A DNA stretch of 64,000 bases from Moniliella sp. 'wahieum' (Eukaryota), in contig RSEE01000049.1 in the NCBI GenBank assembly GCA_003971905.1, positions 434,001-498,000 on the forward strand, given 5' to 3'. The position numbers and the translations under genes are program-made. The notes beneath the pieces were generated by a model that saw nothing but the letters and a program-made list of their open reading frames with translations, was not told the origin of the DNA and made no database searches. Shown piece by piece: positions 1-12,751 of the stretch (its first letter is position 1; every line of letters starts with the position of its first letter).

Positions 1-411
1 AGTTGCAGGGGCAGCCGTGCTGGAACCAAATCCGCCAAAGCCGGTGGTTACAGGCTTAGCGGCAGAGCCAAAGAGCCCAGTACGGTTGAGTTGGCGGCCG
101 CTGCTGGGCCGCCTGGCCAAAGCCAAAACCAGTGCCAGCGGGGGTTGGGTTCGCTGCGCCAAAGAGGCCGCCAGCGGGAGGGTTGGCAGCAGCGCCAAAG
201 CCGCCAGTGGCGGGCTGGGCGGGCTGTCCAAAGCCTGGGGAAGGGTCAGCGGCGCAAGCGCGGAAGGGGGGATGAGACGTACCACCAAAGCCGGTCTGTG
301 CGGGCTGCTGCTGCTGGGGGGCGCACCGAGACGCCGGTGGCGGGCTGCTGCTGCTGCTGGGTGTTGTGGGTTGGCGGCGCCAAAGCCGCCGAAGCCTCCG
401 CCACCAAACAT
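1..411 (-). CDS. FG-repeat nucleoporin, N-terminal part (runs off the window start)
   Basis: Minus-strand ATG at 411 gives MFGGGGFGGFGAAN..., followed by repeated TGFGG, GGFGAAANP, GGLFGAANP, GFGFGQ with Q-rich spacers; frameshifted. Confidence 0.8.
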   Translation of the reverse strand, partial: MFGGGGFGGFGAANPQHPAAAAARHRRLGAPPSSSSPHRPALVVRLIPPSALAPLTLPQALDSPPSPPLAALALLPTLPLAASLAQRTQPPLALVLALARRPSSGRQLNRTGLFGSAAKPVTTGFGGFGSSTAAPAT

Positions 412-863
412 GATGGACGTGGAGGGGAGTGGGGGGGAAGGGGTCCAGGCGCAGGCGGGAGGGAGGGGGGGGGTGCGCTGGGCGGAGGCGGTGGTGGGCG
501 AGAGCTCGGGAGCAGCGGCGCGCGGCGAGGCTGGCCGCCGCAGGACTCGCTTCCTGCCGCCCGGCCTGTTCCGCACAGCAGCGCCCCACGGGGGGGCACT
601 GCCGCCAACCCTACTGCGTTGCGATTTTTCTACGCACTGCATTCTGTCGCCCGCTGTCGCCTGCAGGCAGCACAGCGCCTGCCCGCCCTCCGAGCCATCA
701 CCGGCACATCACACCAGCCTGCGAGGGGGTCTCATGTGCAGGTCACATGTGATGTTGGGACATGATGCATGGCGTCATGCACATGATGGTCCTGTCTCAG
801 GCTGCTGCTGCTCGGGCCGTTGCCACTGGGCACGCCCGTCCCCCCCCAGCGCTCACTTGCTAT

Positions 864-1720
864 ATGCCCACGACGCCCCTATCTCGCCCTCCACCGCCAG
901 CCCCACCCCTACTTGCACGTGCTTCCCACTCGCTTCCGTCCCACCACCGCATCCCACATGCCGCCCCCGCGCAAGACGCAGCCTGCCATCCAGCAGATGC
1001 TGTTCCCAGCCGCTCGCCCCACGCACAAGGCCCGATCTGCCTCCGCAGCGCCCAACAGCACCACGGCAAGAGCAAGAGCAAGAGCACGAACACGAACAAA
1101 AGCAAGGTCATGCCCTTGCACCCTCCCCGCCCGCCTCTTCCATTCCCAGTGAGGCAGATCTGACCGATGCGCGCACCTCTCCCGCTCCTCCGCAGGTGGG
1201 GGCCATCAGCAGCGATGCCGACGAGGACGAGGAGGAGTACCCAGATGAGGAGCCAGAAACGAGCAGTGGTGGAACACCTGCCTCTCCTGCCTCTCCTTCC
1301 TCGTCTGGCTCTGTCTCGCTAGCTAAATCGCAGCAGAGCCAACCTGGACGTATTCCCAATGCGCACTCGCCGAAGCGCATGGCGGCGTGGAAACCGTCAG
1401 TTGCCCAATTGCACGATACGGCCAAGTTGCCCGAGCTGCATGGGACGATCCGGCATTCGATGCGTACTGGAACGTAGCCAAGGCCAAGCTACGCTACACG
1501 CAAGTCAAACCTGGTATGCCCCCTACTTTTTGGCCACCTCGCATGCGTTTCCACGACCCGGATCCTAGTTCATGTCGAAGGGGAGAATCGCGTACAGATC
1601 ATGCTGCGAGTGTTTGACCTGGATCCCCAGTGAGCGCCAACCCGCCTCGTCTCTCTATGTGTATTGCTGGCTTGAAGCACTGACTCTTTCTCTAGGTACG
1701 GCCATCAAAAGGCATGACTA
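864..1720 (+). CDS. Hypothetical protein (P/S/E-rich N-terminus, short ordered C-terminus)
   Basis: Coding-like frames: acidic DADEDEEEYPDEE, then ...AAWDDPAFDAYWNVAKAKLRYTQVKPGMPPTFWPPRMRF; boundaries uncertain. Confidence 0.4.
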
Positions 1721-1940
1721 GGCTGGCGCGATGGAAGCGGGCTCAAGCGCTAGGGCTCGATCCGCCCGAGGGGGTACGTGCGATGCTGGAAACAAAGCAA
1801 GGCCAGTTGGAGCTGAACCGATCCGTTCTCGAGCGATACTTATTCTAAGATCCGTGAATCAATCAATGTTGTAACTGGGCATACATATATGTGAAGGGAA
1901 ACAGAGGTACTTTGCAACGAATAGAGCCAAGCGTCATTCA

Positions 1941-4616
1941 TCATTGGTTCAGCATTTTGGTCCAATCGAACGGTGCCCACAACCCAACAAACGTATCCTG
2001 TCGTGCCTTGTGCGCCTTGTAGTCCAACTTGCGAGGCGGCGCCAAAGCCGGGGCTCGCGATCCAACAAAGTACCCAACAACTGCGCTGCAAAGTTGCCCG
2101 GGAAGGCGGCGCGTTCCAGGCCCATAACCCCATCTTTTTGCTCTTCGTCATTGTTACTCATATCGCGATCCACGTCGGGGGCCTCGATCACGGGCCCATG
2201 CGTCGTGCCACGGTAGTCAAATGAACAGCAAAGTAGGGCAAGTGGGCACTAGGCTGCGGCGCATGGGGTCGATCCGGTGTGAAGGGGATGATCTTGCGGT
2301 GCTGACTCCATTCATCACCCGTTTGAGCAAGCTCTTCGCGAAAGTAGGCAGGAAGGTCGTCGGCCAGGTCTTGTGGCACCCCCACACAACTCGAGGTAGG
2401 TTGCTTGTGCCAGCGGAGATTGAGCACCGTCTCAAAAACACCATCTTTCCTTACGTGTGTGGGCGAGTTGTATGAGACACTTCATAAAGTTCTGCGAGCC
2501 ATGTTAGTTGGGAGCACGGCGCGCCTGACAAGTAAAGGAATAACATACCTTGATCTCGTCCCATGAATCGTCGTCAAGCTCGAGCAGGCTCAAGGTATGA
2601 TCGATGGGCACAACGAGGGCATGGATTGGGGCCAAGCTCTCCCGGAGAGGTAGAGTGAGGTATGTGCGGGTCCCCGAGCTAATAGGATCCGTCTCCTCCT
2701 TTTTATGGGACGAAGACGAGTCGGCTTGGTCCAGACAATAGGGCACTCGTCCAACGCTTTCTTCACCCGGGCAAAGTCTTGGATGGCAAAGTTGCGCTTG
2801 AACAATGCACTCTTTTCCCTCCGCACGGCCAGTCGATCGACATTGTCATCCATATAGTCCGCATTCGCGTGGAAGGCAGCGTCACGGGAGATGCTCTGAG
2901 CAAGCATAGCATCGGCACCTTGATCGGGCCCACCCTGGAACCGTTCGGCACGAACCAGGTCGGCAAGAGTCTCACTTTCCTCCTGGGCGTTGTAAGCCAC
3001 AATCTCGCCCGTTTGGGATCACGCACTGGCAGTAGCTGTAGATAAACCAGGTCAGCACATTGAAAAAAGTAGGGTGAAAGGTACTCACATCCTTGGCCTT
3101 TTTGCGCCGGTTCCCTGGGAGCACCTGCTCCTCTCCTTGCGATGTTGGCGTGCCAACGTCATACAAGCGCCCTTGCCCATCAAGAGTAGGAAGTACCCTC
3201 AACTCGACTTGCTCGTCCGGATGTTCCTCATCCTCATGCTGGTGCCCCTCCTGATGAAGAGAAAGCCGCTCATCACCCCTGTCCCCGCCTTCTTGGGCCC
3301 CAGGTTCGGACCCGGCACACGCTGCTTCATATTGCTCCCGCAACTGTGCAGCATTGGGTTGGTTCATCATTTCGGCCTTCATCACTTTAGCACGCAACTT
3401 GTTGAGTTCCGTTGGGGAAAGACGGGACATTTTTTGTCCTTGAGGCAAGGAAGTACCCGCTCGTGTGGGAGCCACCGGTGCAAATACAGATGGGATGGGG
3501 GTGGACGCTTGTGGGCGGGAAGTCAGGCGTTCTTGACTCGATCCCCGGCTGGGAGCGTTGTCCACCCCAGCACTACTGGGGGCTGGACTCTGGGTGTGGA
3601 GGTACGCGATCGTAGAAGACTCGAAGAGCCTGGCTTACGGAAGAGCCAGGGCGTTGGAAGCCGACGGGTGGGGTGCCCGTACGGGAGGAAGAGACGTCGT
3701 GAACCATGATCCCCGTGGTAGGGGCGTTGCTGCGCGGCAGATCGCGACTATTGCCCGGGGGCTGAACAGTCTTGTCTCCATCCAGCCAGCGTTTCTCAGC
3801 CCTAGCCCATTCGAAGGCGGCTAAGCCATTGTACTGTTCCAGGGCAACCTCCTCTACAGGCCGTCCTTCCTCCTTAGCCCGCTCAAGCACCCGACGAAGT
3901 TTAACCATGCGCCACTTGTACCCTGGTCCCCCAAATTGAGCCTCCTCCTCCTTAGGGGCAGACGCGGAGTACTCTTCGAGTGACTTTCCCTCCTTAAACT
4001 GAAGGTTGATTTCCCTCTCGGACACGTGAAGCTTTCCTGCAGCCGAATCTGCAGCCGCCTTGGCCTTCTCCTGCAGCCGCACAGGCTTTTCCTTTGCTTT
4101 GCCCAGGGACGAGAAAAAATCCATCTCGTCCCCAGCGCCATCGTTTCCCGATCGTTCGTGAGGGGGAAGCATCCAGTCGTCCCGCTTCAGGCCTGTTGTT
4201 GTATTGTCTCCCGTAGTACGGATGGGCGCAGCAGCAGCATTCTGATTGGGTCGATCTGGATTAGCCTACAGCAGCAGAGGAAGGACAGCCAAACGCACGG
4301 GTTCCTCAGACGTGGGCTGCTCATCCTGGCGCCTCCGCTTGCTGGAGGAGGACTGGTGGGTATCTGGAGACCGATGGCGACGGGACGGTCGACTGCGGCT
4401 GCTGTGCCCATGCCCATGCTCGCGCTCGCGCGCGCTCGCGTTCGTCGTGGGGACGGCGACTGGAGCTGTGGCGGTGGCTGGAGCTGGAGCTGTGGCGGTG
4501 GCTGTGGGAGTGGGAGTCGCTGGATCCGGTGGTGTGGTGGCGGTCATGGCGGTGGCGGTGCGATCGCGTGGAGCCGTGGTCGGGGAGCGCTTTCGGCGCT
4601 CGTCGTCGTCACTCAT
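1941..4616 (-). CDS. CWF19: Pre-mRNA splicing factor Cwf19 (CWF19L2-like, CwfJ C-terminal domains)
   Basis: Fragments GGPGYKWRMVKLRRV..A.EEGRPVEEVALEQY, LNKLRAKVMKAEMM, DYMDDNVDRLA, HALVVPIDH..SLLELDDDSWDEI, LPYF, FPGNFAAQLLG.LLD, ending PFDWTKMLNQ*; several introns and frameshifts. Confidence 0.88.
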
Positions 4617-5089
4617 GATGGTGGCGGGGCGGGGGGCTAGGACCCGGCAGCGCCTGGAGCGCAGGGGCGGAATGGCGGCTGGGGGCGGGCGGAACAGGCG
4701 GGGCGGGGGGAGAGCGGGCGAGGACGGAGAATGTGTCAGCGGTCATTGGCAGTGCGCGTCATGCACCCTGCATGCTGCTGTGACGTGGCGAAGACAACAC
4801 CTGCGCTTTGGGATCGTCACGCGCCAGCGTCATGCATCATGCGTCTGGCCTCCGACATTCGACGGGAGAACGCGCGTAGGACGCCGCACGGGGGCAGTGA
4901 GGCGAGGGGTGGCCAGGTGCAGCGCAGCAACAGACGAGCGCAGCGCCAGAGGCCGTATTTTTTTCTCGCCTGCGCCCGCCCGACTTGGGGCGACGGCAGG
5001 GCAGCACGCCCAACGGAGGCGCGGGGACGCGGCACCTCTTCCTCCTGGCCACCACCTCCCCCCCCCCCCCCCCCCCCCAACACACCGCC

Positions 5090-6494
5090 ATGGCTGCTCC
5101 CGACGCTGCTGCTGCCAAGGACAAGGGTCCTGCCAACATCAACCGCGATGGCTTTAAGGTTGCCGACATGGAGTACTACGATCTCCTGGCGTCCGCGCCG
5201 ACGCACGACCCCTCGAGCTGAAGAAGGCTTATCGCAAGGCAGCCATCAAGAACCACCCTGACAAGGGCGGTGATGAGGAGACATTCAAGGTAATTGGAGA
5301 AGCATACCGTGTCCTGTCCGACAACAACCTGCGTGCCGACTACGACAAGTACGGCAAGAAGAAGCCGACAGACGAGGTGGGCATCCACGAGGCCACCGAG
5401 ATGGTACGTAGATCTTCTTGGGCCCCACATGGTTTGCGGCGCGCTGACACTAGGACTAGTTTGGCAACTTGTTTGGAGGTGAGGCGTTTGTCGACTACAT
5501 TGGCGAATTGTCCATGTTTAAGAACATGACCAAGTCGGCCGAGATCATGATGACCGACGAGGAGCGCGAGGAGGCCGCCGCCGCCCTCCGCGGGGATGCA
5601 GACAAGGAAAAGGAGAAGGAGAAGGAAAAGGTTGCTGGCTCTGAGGCCCTCCGATTCAACAAATGTGTCCGAGTCTGACCCTGATAAGAAGGAGAAGGAG
5701 AAGGAAAAGGAAAAGGAAAGGCGCGCAAGGGCCTTACCCCTGAGCAGAAAGCCAAGCTCGAGGAGCTGGACAAGGAACGCGAAGCCGATCAGGAAAAGCG
5801 GATTGCAGACTTGACCGAGAAGCTGAAGGGGCGGATCCGTCTTTTCGTTGAGGCCAAGCATCCGGGTGACAAGGACGACCCCGAGACTCAATTGTTTGAG
5901 AAGAAGATGCGCGAGGAGGCTGAGGATCTCAAGCTGGAGTCGTTCGGTGTTGAGCTGCTCCATGCGATTGGTAGTGTCTACCTGACCAAGAGCAGCATTT
6001 GGATCAAGACCCACAAGAACAACTTTTTGGGTGTTGTCGGCTTCTTCAGTAAGCTCAAGGAGAAGGGCTCTGTGGCGAAGGAGACTTGGGGCCTGCTCGG
6101 TTCGGCTGTAAGTGCTCAGATGAGCATGGAGGACATGGCGCGGAGGCAAGAGAAGGGTGACATTCCCGAAGACGAGATGCGTCAGCTGGAAGAGGAGATG
6201 AACGGCAAGATGCTCCTGGCGACGTGGAAGACGACCAAGTGGGAGATTAGCGGGGTGCTCCGGAAGGTCCTGGATCGCGTTTTGAACGAAGAGAAAGTGG
6301 ACAAGAAGACGCTCTTGAACCGGGCCAAGGCGATTGCGTTCATTGGGGCCATTTACAAGCAAGTCCAACCGGACCCTAACGACGAGCAACGCGAGCTCGA
6401 GCGTCTCATGGCCAATGCCCAGAGTAAGAAGCACAAGAAGAAGTCACACTCGGTGCACCAAGTGAACCCCTCTCAGCCTGCTGCCTCCGAGTAA
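5090..6494 (+). CDS. DJP1: DnaJ co-chaperone with J-domain and DnaJ-X domain (Djp1/Caj1 family)
   Basis: DMEYYDLL...[18 protein letters not shown] (HPD motif), [36 protein letters not shown]; intron near 5405-5458. Confidence 0.88.
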
Positions 6495-7694
6495 GCCGTC
6501 TCCCTCCACCTGCCCCCGAGGGAAATCTCTACCTTCGCTTCTTTCCCAGATACCGCCGACACTCCATTGAGGTCTCTTTCCTTGCACCTGGACGTTCGGT
6601 CCCCCCCATCCTCTTTCTCTTTCCCCTTTCCCCGCTCGCGTTAGCAATCTCTATAAGTTGACCACATTCCTTCTTCATCGGATATGGAGAATCATCTCTC
6701 ATAGGGACCTTCACAGAGCAAGGCGTTTACTAAAAGTGGGGGCGGGGGGGGGGGGGGTGAATCCTAATTATACGGCATGTGAATCGGATCGATGGATGCA
6801 TAAAATAGCACAAGTGTAAATCACAAGAATTGGCTTCACTGAACCAAGCTTGCGCTGGTTCATAATGTCGATGCATCATCGACGTTGCCCACATCCATTG
6901 CCAAATGATGTCGTTCAGGATAATATCAAAGGTCTCGATCGATGTCTGCTCGATGTGGGACCGGTAATGGCCTCCGGCCCAGAATCTGGCTCCTGTGCCG
7001 CAGACTTACAAGTGGGCACGAAAGGTTCTCCCAGTCCCTTCAATGCCAGTGCCGCTATGTGAAGCGGAATCTGCTTGCGGACAACATATAGGCTGGGTTG
7101 GTCCGCAAGCGAACAATTTCAGGTAGAATGAGAGCGCCTCCATCTCGTAGCTCAGGGACATGTCCACATCCTTAGGGTCTGGTCGTATCCGATGCCCGGG
7201 CAGGAGGACGAGCAGGCAAGGCTGGGGGAGCCGCTTCTGTCTGGCCGTCAAACCCGCTTGACATATCTGCGTTGCCATGAAGACGACTAATGGCAGGCAA
7301 AACCTACGTTCTTTCAAAACCATTTCGCAGCTGGCTTGTTGGCTTTCACGTTGAACGTTCAGTTGAACGTTGAATCAACGTTCCATTACGTTGATAACGT
7401 TGACGTTGAATCATCACATGTGACATGTGACATGTGATATCAGTGCATCATGCATCAGACAAGCTCTTGGGAACTTCCGCCGATTAACCGATTCACGACT
7501 CCTGTCCGTCCAGCCACACAAAAACCCCAAGATGCTGTGCTCCTCAAGTACCTAGTAGTGCACCATTATGTGGGGCGTGCGTATCAACCGAATTCATTGT
7601 TCCCGCGCGGGCCCATCCCCACATCACGATTCTGGCCAGCCCACGTAATCCCCTTCCCTCCACACCACCACCGCCGCCCACCGCCAAGACAGCC

Positions 7695-8400
7695 ATGAGT
7701 CCCACTCTGTTTGAACAATTCCAGCAACTCCCCAACGTCTCGCTTGGGGCTGTGCCTGCGGCTGCGGCGCTCGCTGCTTCGTACGTCCTCCTGCTTGCCT
7801 GCAACAAGTGTGTACTGACTCAGTGGGGCACAGCCCATTGGTACGCTGTCTTCCTCGCCATGCGCAAGAAGACGTCTCCCCCATGGGACGTTGCCAACCC
7901 GCGCATATGGGTTAATGGCCTGCAGTACCGCGCTATGTTGGAGCGTACAGGAAGAGGTGAGCAAAAAGCTTGCCAAGCACGAATGGCTCATCCTCCAAGC
8001 CGAAGCCGCGCAGGCCAATGCGTTCGAACACTTGCCTATGTTTGCTGTGGCAATGGTACGTATTCTTCCAAGCGACTCTTGTTAGTTCTGACAAAAGGGT
8101 GCACAGTTAACTGGCACGGTCGCAGGCCCCTGCTCCGTTCATGAACGGTGTCGCTCTCAACTACTTGGTCATGCGCCTCTTCTAACTTCTGTTACCTGAA
8201 GATTCAAAAGGGAGACCTAGCTCTGCTCCGTACATTGGTCTTTTGGGTGATGTATACCCCACTCTTGTGGGTCTTTGTCAAAAGGTACGTCTTCTTGTCG
8301 GTTACTTGGCGTAGAAGTGGATCTGACCGAATCATCACTGATCTACAATCCTCCTTGCGGACAGTTCGCTGGCATTTACCAAACAGCAGGGCAAATAAGC
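7695..8400 (+). CDS. MAPEG-family membrane protein
   Basis: NVSLGAVPAAAALA, WDVANPR, AEAAQANAFEHLPMFAVA, LRTLVFW; about 3 short introns starting gtacgt; end approximate. Confidence 0.7.
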
Positions 8401-9038
8401 CAAGCTCTCGTAACTGTACCTATAACAAACCAGGTTGCCCAACAATATATGCATCGGCTGCCTGGACTGATAGGGATCACAGCGTGAAGAAAACGACAGG
8501 AACCACGACTCGGCGCGTCAACATCGGTAGATGGAACTTGGTACTTTGGTGCTACTTGAAAAGGTGGTCTCTGTCATAACACTATCCCTGCCTGCGTCCT
8601 AAACGAAATACACGAACGCCGAATCGACCTGAACAATCCTTCGCCCCTCACGTCCTAAGATGAGAGAAGGGTTGATAGCAAATTGCACGTGAGGTGCAAC
8701 AAAAATCTCTATTGCCTGAGAGTCGAGCACGCTAGGCCAGGGTTGATTGCATTCCCTCTGAGTAGGACGTAGGCAAGGATAACACCTCTGGCTCCCATTG
8801 AACGATGACAGGTAACACGGACGACAGACCTGAGTGGGTAGCCTGCGACGGACGCTCGAGGACCAACTATATGGCAAGCAAAATGATCAGGCGAAGCATA
8901 ACATTGCCATATTTTGGGATTGGTTGAAGCCTGTCCATGGCGAGCTCCGTTTATCTGAAGCCGCCAGGACAATGTACGAGTAAGGGGGACCTAGGGGGAC
9001 AACAAAATGAGGGAAGACAGGGAGTATTAATACAACCA

Positions 9039-9642
9039 TTACTCCTGGTCAATGACGACCGTCTCAAGCCCCTTGAACGAAGTGATGCCAAAAGGGAGTG
9101 GCCACCACGTAGAGCTTCTCTTGGCGTCCTCATCGTCGTTGCGCTTGCGCTCCAGGCGTACCCGAATCCGACGGGGCACCGACTTGACTCCCAACTTCCA
9201 AATCTCCTCGTTGAGCTTAGGGTCGATGCGAACATCCTTGACGCTCATCGCGCGCTGGGCAAAACGACCACCTCCTTAATGGCGCGAGGGCCGTCTTCTT
9301 GTCCTGCATGCGGAACACGCGCTTGGCCAAGTGGATCGTGTACTCGCGCTAACCCAGATGAAACAGAACAAGTCAGTCAGTCAGGCCAGACCAGAGGAGA
9401 CGAAGCCAGGTCAATGATGCGCACAGGGCAAATAAAGCCAAGCGTGAACTCAACGTGTCCAACGCTCTCGACGATTTCTCCCTCAGGGGAGCCGGGGTAC
9501 TAGATAGGACCAGCACCGAGGCGTCGACCGGCAGACCTTCATGCACTTTGGCATGCGAAGGACGGCATTCAGAGTCCCAGCAGGATACTCACGGTCACGA
9601 CGTCCTTGAGGACGGAGCGCTGGTCTTCTTGGTCGGGGCCAT
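9039..9642 (-). CDS. RPL31: 60S ribosomal protein L31 (eL31)
   Basis: DVVT / REYTIHL..R...FKKRAPRAIKE, DVRIDPKLNEEIWKLGVKSVPRRIRVRLERKRNDDEDAK, SFKGLETVVIDQE*; intron about 9349-9591 (GTGAGT..CTGAC..TAG). Confidence 0.95.
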
Positions 9643-10225
9643 TGTGGAGCAAGTGATGAGAAACGTTAGGTGGATGGATGAACGTGGCAGGGGCTGAAGG
9701 CGCCACATCAAGCAGGCGCGTATGCCCGCCGCAACGAGCCTTTTATTGCGCCTCGAAAAGCGATAGGGTGGGTTGGGTTAGACTCGTGGGCTTGGCGAAG
9801 CCCTCACGGAGTTTACATTTCAATTCGCATTATTTCCAAAACATGGCATGAATATTGAAGCGTCAAAGCTAGTGACTTCAGTGCTGCTAGTGATGTACTC
9901 GAGTAGTCTGGGTAGAATATGACCTGCATCATGCATCAATCCGCATCTCCACCAGACAAGTGCAGCGGCATCAAGGCCATTGTGAGCATTGAGCATGAGC
10001 CTACCGCGTGTGCATGTGCTTGCTACACCATCCGCTGTCGTGTGTTTCATTCTATCAATTGTTCCTGTCGTGCCAATGTGTGTGGCTCGTGCATTACGGC
10101 AACGATGGGAACATCGTTTCAATGGGAGCACGCCAGGAAAGCCTATGGAGTGAAGTGGAAACTCGAAACGGGCATGCTTTTGTACGAAAGACAACGCAAG
10201 ATTATGGCACAGGGCACCATGGCCA

Positions 10226-11689
10226 TTACCTCCTACCCGCACGGGCATTCTTACCTGGGCGGTTCTTCTTGTTCGAGGGAGCACGCACTCCTGCCGTTCC
10301 AGAGATGCGACGCTTCTTAGCCGGTCCTCCTGAACGCCTCCAAACGAAAAGTTTTCCGTAGACTCACGTGTGTTGGCTTTGGAGTGCTTCTTCTTGCCCC
10401 CGTAGCCGTATTTGGCGTCACGCGCTGAGCGGGGCATATGCTTCCCCCCGCGCCCCCGTCCGCGTCCAGCAGGACCACCGCGGGCCCCACGAGACGGTGC
10501 TTCGCCCTCCATGACATCAGCCAACTGGATATCAAACCCATCATCACCACCTCCGGAATGTTCTGCACAAAAGAGAGTAATGTCAGCGCCACCAATCTCG
10601 CATAGGCGATCCAAAGTAGCGAGAAATAAGAGATGGGGACGCACTGCGCTTCAAATCCTTGACCTTGTCGGCAAACTCTCGCTTTTGCTTTTGGCGCTCG
10701 AGCTGCTTTTCCACCTGTACCTTCTTGCCGAACTTCTTGAGCTCGCGCTGACGCTTAGCCTCTTCTGATGCCTTGATTCCGGCACGTTCATCAAGCATGC
10801 GCTGGCGAACGCGTTCCATGTGCTCATCTGACTTGACCATCTCGGCAAAGTAGTCTTTCGGACGAATAAAGGGCACGCCAGCCTGCATCAGGCGGCGACG
10901 ACCCTCCTCGGCGCCCGCAAGAGCCTGTCGATAAAAGACAAGTTCACGCTTCAGGTCATCCTCGAGAGAAGTGCCAACCTCCTCCGCTACATTCTCCGGC
11001 CATGACACATGCATCGTCTCGGTCCACGCCAAGGAGCGCCTTTCGCAGGAGCATTAAGCGCAATCGACTCAGTCAGAGCCTTAAGCGCAACCACATTGTT
11101 GATCCGTACTCGGTTGTGCTTGGTGGCCAAAACAGCAGGAGACACTTCCCCAGCAATTTGGTCCAGTTCCACGTCTTCCTCCTCATCGTCCCCCTCCTCT
11201 TCCTCCTCCTCTTCCTCCTCGTCGTCATCAGCTGAGAATCCGGATGGAACAAGGCCGCTGCGTAGGATGCTCTCGGCCAAAGTGTTCTTAGACTTTGGTT
11301 TATCCTCACCATCGCCTTCATCTTCGTCCTCGTCCGTGTTCTCGCCCTCGGCCACATCCTCGTCCTCTTCGCCCTCCTCAGAATCGTCCTCATCACCCTC
11401 GTCTTCGGAGTCATCGTCGTCATCCATAGGGAGTTCGACACCTTGCCTCTTGAGGGCGGCCATTAAGTTCTGCATGCCCTCTTCATCAATGTCCTCGTCC
11501 GAGTTGTCGTCTTCCTCTTCGTCCGAGTCATCGTCTTCCTCCTCGTCCGAGCCGTCTGAATCCACCGACGCCGGCTCCGGCCGGTGCCGCTTTCTTTTGG
11601 GCCTTCCCAATCTTCTTAGCCGGATTAGAAGTAGGTGCTGGCTTGCTGGGCGCAGCAGCGCGTGCGGCAGGAGCAGATTTGCGGCCCAT
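10226..11689 (-). CDS. EBP2: rRNA-processing protein Ebp2
   Basis: Acidic N-terminus; DDLKRELVFYRQAL, FIRPKDYFAEMVKSDEHMERVRQRM, QRELKKFGKKVQVEK, KYGYGGKKKHSKANTRES, C-terminal RPGKNARAGRR*. Confidence 0.93.
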
Positions 11690-12751
11690 GATCAGCGCTT
11701 GTATCGAAATGACCTGGTGTTGGAGGTCGACGTGCGGAGCACAGGCGAAATAAGCAGGCGGACAGGAAAAGCAAAAAAATAAGAGAGCGGAATGCCGAGC
11801 CCACACCTTTCCGCCAACACCGCGATTCCGCCGATAGGTAAAATGGGATGGGTAGATAATTAGCTGGGGAACACTAGGAAACCCCTACTGGCCGGTGAGA
11901 CCCTGAAGCCGGAGGTCGCTTGACCCCTGCCGGCCAGCCGCAGAGGCTATAAGCCCTAACCACTAACCGCTTATCAGAACCAGCACGGCACCCGTGTTAA
12001 ATGTTGCGAAGACATACCTTCTTCGACATCAGTACAAAACGTCGGACGTCGAGCTCAGCGTCTACACCAGCAGACGGCAATTACGGGGAAACATTCAGTG
12101 TACCATTATCGATTATCTTCCAACGAGGTAGCGCGAGCGTAGATACGAAGAATGAAGAACGTGCTGGTATATAGTCATCAAGTGATCGAGCGCTGAGCCA
12201 TCTCCAATGAGGCACTTCTCTTACTAGTAAAACCCTCTGTAAATTTTCTTCCTTCCAGAGCTCAAACATCTTACTGACCGTCTTGGGGGTATGGTATCCA
12301 CACGTCGCCACAACCAAGGGGAGGGGTGTTGGCTTTTGAGTGTACCCCTGGTACTTGACGATCTTGTAGAGCGCTCCGCTGGCTCTCAGAGGGCGTGTGG
12401 TACAGTAAACTATTTTGGAACTATTATAGAACACAGAGACAACACACGGATGAAGAAAGCTCGTCAAGTAATTCAAATGGTGACGAGTCGTATATACATC
12501 AACGAGAGAGTGAGAAGGGAAAACAAGTAACGGTGGTTTCCATTCAAAGCCATCAACAGCTGTATCCGCATGATAACCACGGGCGCAAGGTCTATCAGAT
12601 AGGGCTGACGAAGACGAGCCGTGGCGGGTGGGTGTGCCCGATGAATGAAACCACACAGGGGAGTGAGAGAAGAGGGAGGGGATCGGCGATACTGTTCAAT
12701 CGAAGGCCGGAAGCGGGGGTAGGGCGCTCTGACAGAGTTGCGAATGCGTGT

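Noticed and set aside
6737..6757. G/C homopolymer runs (also 5057-5078, 57343-57359) as G-quadruplex elements
   Set aside because: Homopolymer lengths are unreliable in this assembly and such runs are common.
11953..11968. Telomerase RNA template (CCCTAACC)
   Set aside because: The match is too short and no other telomerase RNA elements could be identified; kept only as a promoter-type motif.
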